Translations under genes and position numbers: made by a program
The notes under the pieces: generated by a model
What the model saw: only the letters and a program-made list of their open reading frames with translations
Told to the model about the DNA's origin: nothing
Databases searched by the model: none
Source of the DNA: Azolla caroliniana
Taxonomy: Eukaryota; Plantae; Polypodiophyta
Assembly (NCBI GenBank): GCA_043228905.1
Contig: JBHGNT010000004.1
Coordinates: forward strand, 4,340,001 to 4,404,000
Direction: 5' to 3'
DNA length: 64,000 nt
In this document: in pieces, positions 47,101 through 59,381 of the stretch
How the letters are laid out: each line of letters starts with the position of its first letter
Position numbering within the stretch: the first letter of the stretch is position 1

Positions 47101-49128
47101 TACCGAACTGGCAAAAGGAGAGGAAGCTAAAATCAGAACCGGACAAGACCCCGAATCGGATTTGGATGAAGAACAAACACAGGAACCGGTTACCTAAAAC
47201 AGAGAATGGAGATATCGTCTCCGGGAAAGAAGAGCCCCCCGGAGATTTCCGGATGCAGAGCATGTGTTGCTGACCGATGAGGGGGAGTCGAAGAGCTTCG
47301 AAGAAGCAAGGGAGGACACCAATAGCCGCAAGTGGTTGAGTGCCATGCAGGACGACATGGATTCCCTGCATGAGAACCACACATATGAATTGGTAGAGTT
47401 GCCAAAAGGAAAGCGGGCACTTCGAAACAAGTGGGTGTACAAGCTGAAACCGGGAGATGCCGGCAACCCCTCGACATACAAAGCCAGGATCGTGGTGAAG
47501 GGGTTCCAACAGAAGAAGGGGGTGGACTTTAAGGAGATATTTGCCCCAGTAGGAAAGATAACTTCCATCCAGACGGTGTTGAGCATAGCCACAAGCATGG
47601 ACCTCGAGGTAGAGCAGTTAGACGTGAAGACGACATTCCTCGACAACGACCTTGAAGAGGAGATCTACATGCAGCAACCGGAGGGATTTGTGAAGAAAGG
47701 GAAGGAGCACCTGGTTTTCCGGTTGATGAAGAGCCTCTACGGTTTGAAGCAGGCTCCCCGGCAGTGGTACTGGAAGTTCGACTCCTTCATGACCGATCAA
47801 GGGTACCACAAGACACAGGCCGATCACTGCGTATTTGTGAAGAAGTTCAAAGGGGAAGACTTCCTGATACTCCTCCTGTACGTAGATGACATGTTGATCG
47901 TCGGACGAGACCAAGTCAAGATACAGATGCTGAAGAAGGCTTTGAACCGGACCTTCTCAATGAAAGACTTGGGCCCGCAAGACAGATAATGGGGATGCAT
48001 ATCATCGGAAACCCGTTAAAGAAGCAATTATGGCTATCACAGGAGAGGTACGTGACAAAGGTGCTTCAGCAGTTCAACATGTCAGATGCGAAACTGGTCG
48101 GATCAACACTCCCGGCAAACTACAGGTTATCCGGTAAGCAAAGCCCGAAGTCGAAGGCAGAGAAGGCGGATATGATGAAGATACCATATGCCTCTATCGT
48201 CGGGAGCTTAATGTACGCAATAGTGTGTACCCAACCAGATATCGAATACACAGTCGGAGTGGTGAACCGGTTTATGAGCAATCCCGGCAAGGAGCACTGG
48301 AATGCGGTAAAATGGATACTTCGGTACTTGAAAGGAACCTCAACTATGTGTCTCCAATTCGGCTCCGGTATACCCCCAACTTGACGGTTTCACCGATTCG
48401 AATATGTCGGCTGATGCGGATACTAGCCGGTCAACATCCGGATATGTCATGACATATGTAGGGGGAGCTGTTTCGTGGCAGTCGAGGTTGCAGAAGATGG
48501 TTGTGTTGTAAACCACGGAGGCGGAGTCTATGGCAGTTGTGGAAGCTGACAAGGAAATATTATGGATGAAGGATTTCATCAGAGAGCTTGGGATCCGGCA
48601 AGAGGAATACCGGCTCTATTGCAACAGTCAAAGTGCCATCCACCTTGAGAAGAATGTGGCATATCATTCCAGGACGAAGCACATCCAACGGAGGTACCAC
48701 TGGATCCGTGAGAGAGTTGAAGATCGAGAGTTCGTGGTGACGAAGATCCACACGAAGGAGAATGGGTCGGATATGCTGACCAAAGTGTTAACACCTAACA
48801 AGTTGGACGCATGCCGGAAGCGGATCGTATTGACGAGGCATCCCATGTCGGAGTGAAGGGGGAGTTTGTTAGGATTTCGGTCCGCCTGGATGGGATATGA
48901 GTACCCGGCAAGGAAGACCTGGTGTGAACCGGATGACGTAGGCCTGGTGAGAACCTCTCACTGGATGAAGGGACATATATGTAAATATGCTCCTGTTAAC
49001 CCATCATGGCTACATTTCTAAATAGCCCGAAAGTCATATTAGTATAAACATGACCTAGGGCAAACAGAGTTGTGTGCGTGGTTATCATTGTATAGAGTTA
49101 TTGGTGTAACTGTTGTATAGAGTGTAAC

Positions 49129-49159
<31 letters not shown>

Positions 49160-52100
49160 TCTGAATCGTCTCTCTTGTACCCGCCTGTTGGCGAAGATTG
49201 AGAGCACGAGGTCGTTGCCTCTGTGCTCCTCCTGTTGTATTCTTCTAGACATAGTGATAGCTTGGAGTTAGCGGGCTCCCGTGGTTCTTCCCGTTTAGGG
49301 TTTTCCACGTAAACATCCTGTGCACTCTCTCTTGCTCCATTGTCTATGTGTATACGTGCATTTCTTCCTATTCTCATCTTTCTGTGGTTGATTCTAAGAC
49401 TCGGTTGTGGCCGAGCAATATTCTGCACATATTCTCGACAATTAGAAATAGATAGGCTGATGAAAATATACTAGGTAGTACAGATTTATTAGCTAGGAAA
49501 TCGATGTGTATCTCTGTCCGAAGGGACAGAGAATAAAGATGAAGTATTCGGGATGTGACGACCCTCCTCGGCGGCCTAAAAAAGGACAGGGGAGATTGTT
49601 AAAAGGGGTATCGCGTTTTGGCGAGGACGAGGTGTTGTCGGACTGGGAACCGAGCTCTCTCCTCTATCGTTGTTCTCTATGGGTTTTGGGTCCATTGCCT
49701 CCGCTTTGAGGAAAGCCCTAGTGCTTCTGGCAAAGGATCCACTGTGTGTGTGTGTGGGTGTGTTTTCACTTGTGTTGGGTCTGTTACTAGCTTGCCAGTT
49801 GTAATCTTGTAATCGTTGTAATTATTATTATTGTTGGAATAGATTCTCCTATTTTCCGTCTCTTGGTGTTTTCCTGCGTGATTCCCTTGCATTATCGGGT
49901 GCACGTGCATCTCTCTTTGTTCTGCATACGCGGTAGTGTTGCATTCAGCCGGTAAGTGCTGCTTGCCGGAATGGGTATTCACCGGCCGGACTCTCTCTCT
50001 TCGATCTCTTGCACTCCTTTGTCCAAGGCCCATGTGATCCCGCCCTAGTTTCTCACGTGTAAGCGAAACAACATGACATATATTTGGTGACCCCGACATG
50101 AAGCAAGGCGGCAGAGGAGTCCAAGATGAGGGGATCGGAGCTTGCCGAAGCCATGGCGGCAGCCGTTGATCGCATAGTAAGTGCTCGTGAGGGCACAAGC
50201 ACCCTCGATAGGGCCATTGCAGTGATTGTCTGCACAATAGGCTGATCCGGTGGGAAGGACGCCACGAGCTACTTGGAGGCCTACAAAGCCGAGATGGTGA
50301 TGAGGGACATTCGGGAGGATAGGCGTTTGGATGGGTTCCCTCGGGTGGCGACACCGGGCATCTACGCATAGGTGCTCAAGGTACAGGCTGGATGTCGGAC
50401 CTAGGGGGATTTCGAAGCGCGGCTCCTTGAAAGGTACGAGCTTGATGACGTGCTTCAGTTATCGAAGTGGGACTTCATGGAGTGGGTGGAGACTCCCGGA
50501 AAGGGGAGGAACGGGTCGGTGCTCCTCCGAGAGTTCGAAGAACGCTTCGCACGGCTCTCGGCATTAGACATGACCATGTTAGACATGAGCCGTGTCTTGT
50601 TGTTCGTCAAAGCGGTGGACGTGTGGGATCAGGATCAAGTGGGTCTCTTGCTAAAGACAGATGATGAGTTTACGAGTGACTGGGCCATGGTTAAAAGAGT
50701 CTGCAGCCGTTTCGACAAGCGGCGTGAGTGGGACGACGAAGGTTCGTCGGCAGCGAGACCCGTTACGGCAAGGAAGGTCGAGGAAGCTTCGTCGGCATGA
50801 AAGGAGGAGACCCAGGATTGGCTCGAGATGGGCTTGACCTCGACCGACGTTGTCAAGGGCCCATCCAGAGGAGCGGCTCTAGAAGAGCTAACGCAAATGG
50901 TGCGTGATCTCCAGATCGCGTAGGCCCGAAGAGACAACGGCGAACAGTCCCGTGACCGGAGGCCTCCGGTTCGGCAACAGTGCATGTGGTGTGATGCGGT
51001 CGGCTACGCCCAGAAAGAGTGCGTGGATTTTGCAGACACACTTGGAAGCAATGTGGTATACCTGTGGAACGGGCGGGTGCACACTGGTGAAACCCGGAGA
51101 CCCTTAGAGACGAATTTCAGGCGCAACAGAATGAAGAGGTTGATGGAAGAAGCAGCGGCGCGCCATGCAGAGGTTGTCCATTATTCAGCGTTAGCCGGAA
51201 TCCGGGTCGGAAGCGATGAAGGCCGAAAGACGGAAGACTCCGGATTCTGGCCGTTGGTGATAGAAGGCCTCACCGGCGTATGACTGAGGAAGGAAGAAGC
51301 GAACCGTGCGGAGAAGCGGATCCGAGAGGTTACTGGATGGGACGACCCAGTCGAGGAGAAAACCGGATTCGTGGAAGCAGCGTGCCAGAACTACGAGGTT
51401 CTGGTAGAAGGCAAGCGTGCTGGAAAAGCCAGAGGGGCTGGACCCTACCAGCGGTATGAGACCCGGTTTGGGACGAAGTAGAATGATGCCGATACCCGCA
51501 GCGCACTGGATAGAACAAAGCAGGCCGGTTACTGGCTGAGCACGGAGATTGAGAGGATGACGGACTTGCGAAAGGTCCTTGAGGAGCGTATTCTCAACAA
51601 CAAGGTGGAGTTGTCGCTAAGGGAGGTTCTCGGGATCACCAAGAAGGAGTTCCACGATTCTTTCATGGACTTGGTGAAGCGTAAATGGCTCTCGACGGAG
51701 CCGGAGCTGGAGTAGCCGATGGAGGTGCAAACGACACACCTGGAGAACGTGGCCATGGAAGACGAGTTGGCGGAGAGCCACTATGGAGACCCTCGTTCGG
51801 GTCGGAGACGTCCAGGAGCCGGTGGTGGCATTGATAGACCACGGTTTGGAGATTAACATGATGTCCATGGACTTCTATAAGAAAGGGAAGTGGCCGATCA
51901 ACACCAAGCACGGGTGGAAGATATGCGTGGTGACACGCGCTACAGAAGAGTTGCACGGGGCGTGCCCGAACGTACGCGTGAAGATTGGAGATGTCGAGAT
52001 CAACCAACACTTTTTCGTGCAGGAGACGTCCTCACACCCGGTGATACTCGGCCAACCATACATTATGGCGGCACGCATGGAGACCAAGGTGTTGGACAAC

Positions 52101-55100
52101 GGTCCGGCGTACACGCGCGTCAAGAGCCAAGATGGACGACACTCTGTCCAATTCCTGACCGTGCAACCGAACCACGAGCATAACCGCGAAACTCTCGGTA
52201 GCGATAGCCGAGGGGATTTTTACACAAGGCTATCAAGGCGTGGGGCCACACGTGTACTATAGGTAGGTAAATTTGGTTCTCTGACAACGGAGGTTGTACA
52301 ATATCTGACATCGGTGGCCGGGAGAAGAAGAAGGTAGAGGAGCATCTCTGGGTGTGTGGAACCCTCAGCCTCGGCGAAGGGATTGGCGGCGCCGTGGAGA
52401 GTTAGGGCGGGTGGTTAAAGAAGGCCTCAGTCAAGATCGGGTTGTCCCGGTTATTTCCGTAGGGGTATACGAAGTCATTGCCGACTTCAGGGAGAGGGTC
52501 AGGTCGGATCGGACGGCCTGCGTAGATACGAAGTACAAGATTGTGGACCGGAAGGTGAGGCCAGTCGCGGAAAAAAGGGGTCGCGTCGGACCCAAGTTTA
52601 CGGAATCCGGCCAGGATAGGACACTGGTTCACCGACATAATGCTACGGGAGCTCAAGGTCGGTGGGGGTGGCTTCCTACTGCCGGCGGAGGAGGACTGGT
52701 TTCGGAGAATGCTCGGAAGGCACGGGAGGGCCTTCACATTCGCGCCGGGGGAGATCGGGTGCGTAGAACCGACGATCGTGGAACCAATGGTGATTTTCAT
52801 GGTACCGCATGTGCCGTGGAATCTCAAGCCGATTCCGGTACCCAGAGCTCACATTCCGAAGTTGATGGAGTTGTTGAAGTAGAAGGTGAAGATAGGCATC
52901 CTCGAGCCATCGAGTGCCCCATATTCGAGTCGGTCGTTTACCATGCCAAAGAAGAATGGCACGCTGCGCTTCATTCAGGACCTACAATCGGTCAACAAGG
53001 TGACCATCCAGAACGCGGGTATCAGACTGACCATTGACGAGTTCACGGAGGCCCTCATCGGAAGGTCGATCTATTCGGTCGGGGGATCTGTACTCAGGGT
53101 ACGATAAGTTCGAATTAGCCGTGGAGAGCAGGGACATTACGACGATGTGAACTTCTCTCGGCTTAGTGCGGATGTGTACCCTGCCGGTTTCGTCCTCCTA
53201 ATTGACCACCCATCCTATCCTGGTTGGGCTCGTGTCTACGGTAACATTACGACGATGTGAACTTCTCTCGGCTTAGTGCGGATGTGTACCCTGCCGCAAG
53301 GAGGTGTAATCGAGACGGACTGCCTACCGATCCTTGGTATGGTTTTCGGATGCGCGACGCCGGACTTGGCGATGCTCTGGTCAATCGCGTACATCAAGTC
53401 CCTGAATCTGGAAATTCGGCACATTTCCGAGAAAGACAACACCATGGCCGACATGCTTTCTAGAGCATGGTATGACGACGAGGACGGCATGGTTTCGGAG
53501 GACGAAGAAGTCAGCGTGAACTTCTTCGAGTTGGCCTACGTGACAATGAGGGCAGGGAGCACCCTGGCGCTTAACGAGTTCGACGAAGGCGAGTACGACG
53601 GGGAGTGGCTCTGGATTAGTAGGTTCTTAAAGACGATGACTCCGGACGCAGCATGGATGAAAGAAGAAGCTAACCTGATACGGAAGAAGGCGTACCGATT
53701 CTTCCTGCGGGACGGGATTATACGGAGGAACCCAAATAAGCGAGGCGGCGTTCCACTCCACGTAGTGGCAGGGAAGGAAGAGCGAGAGGTGTTGCTGACG
53801 GCGTATCACGAGAGTCCTTGGGCTGGATACCGCAGGACATGGGCCACATTTGAAAGGCTAAAGGACAAGTATTGGTGGTCGGGGTTGTACCGGGATGTGC
53901 ACCAGTTCGTAATAATGTGCAAGAGCTTCCAAGTGCACTCCACGATCCAACATTGGGATGAGCTGCACCCAACCTACTCACCGACCGTCCACTTCAAGTG
54001 GATGGTGGACTTAGTGACGATGCCGATGGGGGTAGGGCAGATGCGATACTTGGTGCTTGCGCGAGAGGACTTGATGAATCAAGTGGAGGGCCGTGCATTG
54101 CCGAACAAGACGACTGTAGTTGTGTGTCGTTTCCCGATCGAAGAGGTGGTATGCGGGTATGGGTGTGTAGGGAAGATCATGGCTGACCGGGGAGAGTTGG
54201 ATGCGAAGGAAGCCGAAGAGTTGTTCGACCCATTAGGGGTTAAGCTCTTCCTCACTACGGTGTACAACCCGGAGGCTAACGGGAAAGTAGAGCGCAGGCA
54301 CGGACCGATTGTGAAGGCATTAGTACGCGCATGTGAAGGTCAAGTCGGGGGTTGGTCGCGGCTCCTACCTTACGCACTATGGGCGGACTGAACTACGCAC
54401 AGTTCGGTGACCGGGTTCATGCAGGCGGAGCTGATGTACGGGTAGAAGCCGATCATGCCGATTGAACGGACGATCTCCTCATGGGCCACAGTGGACTAGA
54501 GAGACGAGATGAGTTGGGAAGATCTGTTAGAAGTGCGGATGCGATAATTCGAGCGAAGACCAAGACATGGAAGGGGCTAAGGCGAAGCTGCACGCGATGA
54601 GGGCGAGGAACAAGGGCCGGTTTGACTGAATGCACTAGTTATGGCCGAAGGAGATCGAGCAAGGAGATTGGGTGTTGGTTTACGACAGCAGCCTCGACAA
54701 TCAGCACAAGGCGACGCGGAAGTTTGCGAGGAGGTGGTTCGGGCCCGTAACAAGCACAAACGACAACGGTACTTACCACCTTGCAGAGCTCTACGGGATG
54801 CGGATAGCGCTGCCAGTAGCCCGGAAGAGGATCAAGGCCTTCAAGAAGTGGCATGAAGACGAGCCAGACTGGAGAAACGAGGACGACGATAACAACCAAT
54901 TCAGAGTGGATGAAGTTTCGGAGTACGACAGGTGAACGCGAGCTGGTTTTCTCCAGCATTTGTCCCTCTCTGGCACATGCCGGTGGATGCAAGGTTTGGT
55001 GGGGGTGGATGTCGTGAAGAAAACCGGCCTTAGGCGGAATCGGTGAAAAAAGGCACGTGAACCAGCCCTTACACGCGGGCACAAGTATTGGTAAGGAGTA

Positions 55101-55741
55101 CATAATTAGCAATAGGTAGGCTGATGAAAATATACTAGGTAGTACAGATTTATTAGCTAGGAAATCAATGCGTATCTTTGCCCGAAAGGACAGAGAATAA
55201 GATGAAGTATTCAGGATGTGACGGCCCTCCTCAGCGGCCTATAAAAGGAAAGGGGAGATGGCTAAAAGGGGTATCACGTTTTGGCGAGGATGAGGTGTTG
55301 TTGGATTGGGAACCGAGCTCTCTCCTCTATCATTGTTCTCTATGGGTTTTGGGTTGATTGCCTATGCTTTGAAAAAAGCCCTACTGCTTCTGGTAGAGGC
55401 TCCACTGTGTGCGAGCATGGGTGTGTTGTCACCTATGTTGGGTCTGTTACTAGCTTGCCGGTTGTAATCTTGCAATCGCTGTAATTATTGTTATTGTTGG
55501 AATAGATTCTCTTGTTTTCCATCTCTCACTGTTGTCCTTCGTGATTCCCTTTCATTATAGGGTGCGCGCACGTCTCTCTTTGTTCTGCATACGCGGTACT
55601 GGTTCATTCGGCCGGTAAGTGCTACATGCCGGAGCGGGTATTCACCGACCCGACTCTCTCTCTTCGATCACTTGCACTCGTCGGTCCAAGGCCCCTGCTG
55701 TCCCGCCCTAGTTTCTCATGCGTAAGCAAAACAAAACGACA
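44198..55741 (+). mobile_element. Degenerate Trp-primed Ty3/gypsy with RT partly deleted and 5' LTR split by a copia
   Basis: 5' LTR pieces 44198-44236 plus 49441-50078; PBS TGGTGACCCCGACATGAA 50085-50102; gag from 50126; PR, INT, WFGP; PPT; 3' LTR 55010-55741. Confidence 0.88.
44237..49440 (+). mobile_element. Full-length degenerate Ty1/copia
   Basis: LTRs 44237-44795 and 48867-49440; 5-bp TSD ATTAG; initiator-Met PBS TGGTATCAGAG 44799-44809; gag (CFYCGKPGHFQKNC), PR (WVVDSGA), INT, RT (LLYVDD), RNase H across 44826-48856 with stops and frameshifts. Confidence 0.96.
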
Positions 55742-56580
55742 CCGTACCATCCCTCCGCCAACAACCGACGTCCACTCCCCGTTGCGCTCCAACCGCACAA
55801 TAACTTTTTTTTACAAGGAGAAACTGTGGTATAACTAGGGATTGGCAACGGCTCGGCTCAAGCCTAAACCGTTTGGCTTAGCCGGCTTGAAAACGGCTTA
55901 GCGGCTTAGCGGCTCGGCTCGGCTCGGTTTAGGCTTGAACTTGCCTTAACGGTTTGAGCTCGGCTCGGCTTGGCTTGAGCCTCGCCAAACCGGCTCAAGC
56001 CGGCTAAGCCGGATAAACCGTTTAAGCCGTTTATAAACTTTAGAGAGGGGGAGAGAGACAACAAACAAGGGGAAAGAGAGAGAGAGAGTAAGGGAGGGAG
56101 AACTACATAGACGAGGAGAGAGAGACAGAGGGAGGGAGACAACATATAAGGAGAGAGAGGGAGAGAGACTACACAAACGAGGAGAGAGAGAGAAAGAGAC
56201 TACACAAACGAGGAGAGAGAGAGAGAGGGAGGGAGACAACATATAAGGAGAGAGAGAGAGAGAGAGGAACTACATAGAGGGGAGAGACAGAGAGACTACA
56301 CAGAGGGGAGAGAGAGAGAGAGAGGAACTACATAGAGGGGAGAGAGAGAGAGACTACATAGAGGGGAGAGAGAGAGAGAGATGAACTACATAGAGGGGAG
56401 AGAGAGAGAGAGGGAGGGAGAGTCGAGACCATAGACGTGAGAGAGAGAGAGAGAGAGGAACTACATAGAGGGGAGAGAGAGAGGATTTACATAGAGGGGA
56501 GAGAGAGGGAGAGGGAGAGAGAGTCGAGACCACAGAAGTGAGAGAGAGTGGGAGGGATCATCTGAGAGAGAGAGGGAGGT

Positions 56581-56616
<36 letters not shown>

Positions 56617-57050
56617 GTTTCTAAACCGGTTTCCAAGCCGGTTTGGAAACCGGTTTACAAGCCGTTTACCAAGCCGGTTCACAAACTGGTTTAGCATAAA
56701 CCGGTTTAGCCTAAACCGGTTTGTGAACCGGCTCGGCTCGGCTCGGCTCAGGTTTGAGATCCTGTAAACGGTTTAGGCTTAGCCGGTTTGGCTTGGATCA
56801 GGCCAAACCGGCTAAGCCTAAACCGAACCGTTGCCGATCCCTAGGTATTACCACGAATCCTAACAAAGGCCCCACCTAACCAGGGTCACATTGACCACAC
56901 CCCAATTAGGCCCCTACCAAGTCCCGATAATAAGAAGAGCTAACTGGGGCGGGAAAACACCCACCACACTAAGATTAGCCAATAAGATATACTAAGAGTA
57001 GCCTATAAGATGTAACTTAGAACGTAATGGAAAGGGAGCTATTTTGAGAG
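55742..57050 (+). mobile_element. Probable 3' tail, PPT and 3' LTR (from 55825) of the 2319-6716 gypsy, interrupted by a MITE
   Basis: CCGT repeat of 6713-6716, in-frame C-rich continuation to TAA, then AAGGAGAAAC and TGTGG; right end uncertain. Confidence 0.45.
55836..56843. mobile_element. Non-autonomous hAT-type DNA transposon (MITE)
   Basis: TIRs TAGGGAT(T/C)GGCAACGG(C/T)TCGG; 8-bp TSD GGTATAAC/GGTATTAC; subterminal AAACCG/CGGCT repeats; GA-rich core. Confidence 0.88.
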
Positions 57051-57344
57051 CATTTCACAATATAAGGTGGTTTTTTATTACGTTAGATATTGGGGGATGT
57101 GGTTTAATTGGACCATGAGAAATGAGTTCTTGTTTGATGGTATTCATGGGATAACAAAACAAATCCGTAGGATGAAAGGGAAATTGATTTGGCAATTTTC
57201 ACAACTATGTTGTATGGGGATCTTGTCCCAAGAGGAGATAGAGTTATGTCCTCTAGTTTTACAACACTTAAGAGGAAACTACAACAGTTGAGAGGGTTTC
57301 CCTTGCACTATCACTATTTATGAAGTAGTGAAGATAGCAAGGGG

Positions 57345-57386
57345 TATATTATCATTTTGTTTTAATAACAAACATTGATTTACAAT

Positions 57387-57431
<45 letters not shown>

Positions 57432-58996
57432 TTATATTATCGTCTTCGGAGGTCAAGTATGACCTATGATACCAAAAATATTACATTTTATGTGATACGT
57501 GTGAAAGTGAGTAGTGACTCTCGATGTTCAAGAACTTTACCAATGAATGTTGCAATCGAGAGTGCACATTGTGGTTGTGAGAGGAATTCATGCAAAGATT
57601 GGGCTCGATCAAAGAGATGTGGAAAGCATGGTCGAATATGATCAAAGGCAGAGCATTGTATCAAAGTGTGATACTCAGACTCGCGAACTTGTTTAGGGCA
57701 CAGTGTGCATAGCCGACCACTCTCATCACTTGTGCCCCAACGCCCTGTTTCACATCGCAATGCATGTGAGCTAAGTTGCATGGAAGCAATGGTTTGAATG
57801 GCAAATAACGGTATGGGCTCTAACATGTATGGATGTGTACGATTTCCCTGGTCCGCAAAGAATATGGTTTTGTAGTTAGGTGCAACATGTGTAGTATAAT
57901 GTGTGAAGCGTGAACCTCCACATTTGTCCCATGTCATGATACATTGGCATTCCAAAAATGCCTCATTTACAGAAGAATCTAATGATGCATCATGAAGCAA
58001 GTGTCTCGCATCCCATCTACCAAACCATTTTTCTATATCTTGCATCTAACTGGAACACAAAATTTTGCTTTTATGCGTCTTTTGGATCTTTTTTCTTGCT
58101 TTCCACACAATTCTAGGAAGTCGATGTGAGGGACTTTTTTGAACTTTAAGCATGTATTCAACAACCCTTTCAATGGCCATGATCTCAATGGGAAGCGATC
58201 ACATCTCAAGGAGGAGGAGGGTGTAGGGCATTTGTTTCTTAACTTGTAGAAACTTGGTAAGAAAATGCTTTTGGACATTTTCAAACTTTTTCCACATAGA
58301 TTTAGGGATGCTACCACCCCATACTTCCATCCCATAGAGAAGAACCGGTGTCACCAAAGTGTCAAAAAGATATTTCTTGAGGACCCAACACTTAATATCT
58401 CCAAGATTGCATGTGTTCTCAAATGCATAGTATGCTCGCTTACCCGCCTCTAAGCGGCGTATAGCACATTCATTCCATCTATGATTTGAAGGAACTTCAA
58501 GGCCAAGATACTTGAAGCTTTCCACACATTCAAGTGGCTCATTGTTGTACATAATGCATGGTTTATCTCTTTTTTGGCTCTTCACAAACATAATCTTTGT
58601 TTTAGAGCTATTGACACTTAATTTAGTATGCATGCAAAATTTTTCCAATGCCTTCATAAGCTTTTGTGCATCTCCTAAAGTATTTGCAAAAAGCACTACA
58701 TCATCTGCATATAGCAAAAGCATAATCACAACATTCCCAATGGCAACTTCTTCAACACATTCTTCCTTTGCAAACTTAGTAACCATTTCTTCCAATTCAT
58801 CAATGCATAGACCAAATAGTGTTGGTGAGAGTGGGCATCATTGCTTAACACCAATAGTGCTTTTGAAAAAATCTGAAAGTTTATCTCTCATGCGCACACA
58901 ACATATAACCTTCTCATAAATTCGGGAAATTGCAAGCATATATTCACTTGGCACCTCAAGTTCTTCCATTCGCCTCCAAAGATGCTCATGAGGTAT
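57345..58996 (-). mobile_element. 5'-truncated degenerate LINE (RT C-terminal half plus CCHC finger), RTEX-like
   Basis: GVKQ*CPLSP, LLLYADD, FKYLG, LFDTLVTPVLLYGMEVWG, ETGRW..LCTLC..EYHTLIQC; 3' UTR with (CT)n. Confidence 0.85.
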
Positions 58997-59125
58997 ATAA
59001 AGAGAGAGAGAAGATATATTACCAGGAGATAAAATTAAATCCACCTTGTGACTAAGTTACAAAAGGTTTGTTTAAATATGATCTAATCTAAGATATATCC
59101 GCTAGTAGGTCTTTTGCATGATCTT

Positions 59126-59206
59126 TGTGGATGGTAGGATTCGAACCTACACGGGCGAACCCACATGATTTCTAGTCATGCCCGATAACCACTACGGCAC
59201 ATCCAC
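59126..59206 (-). tRNA. trnS-AGA: tRNA-Ser(AGA), 3 substitutions versus array consensus
   Basis: Array consensus GTGGATGTGCCGGAGTGGTTATCGGGCATGACT-AGA-AATCATGTGGGTTCGCCCGCGTAGGTTCGAATCCTACCATCCACG; long variable arm. Confidence 0.75.
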
Positions 59207-59336
59207 GTCAGGTGAAATGACATTCAATTTAATAGAAAATATCATGTATCATTGGTTTACGATGTAAATAAATGGGAAACGTAGGTGATGTTATGTAGCG
59301 GAAGTGACTAGTGTGTCTGTTTGTCAGTAAGGCAAT

Positions 59337-59381
<45 letters not shown>

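Noticed and set aside
46718-47509. 263-aa antisense ORF and similar shadow ORFs (33385-34149, 13129-13665)
   Set aside because: Opposite strand of retrotransposon coding sequence with no recognisable motifs.
59126-59206. tRNA-Leu(TAG) reading of CTAGAAA
   Set aside because: The CATGA/TCATG stem places AGA at the anticodon and the body matches plant tRNA-Ser.
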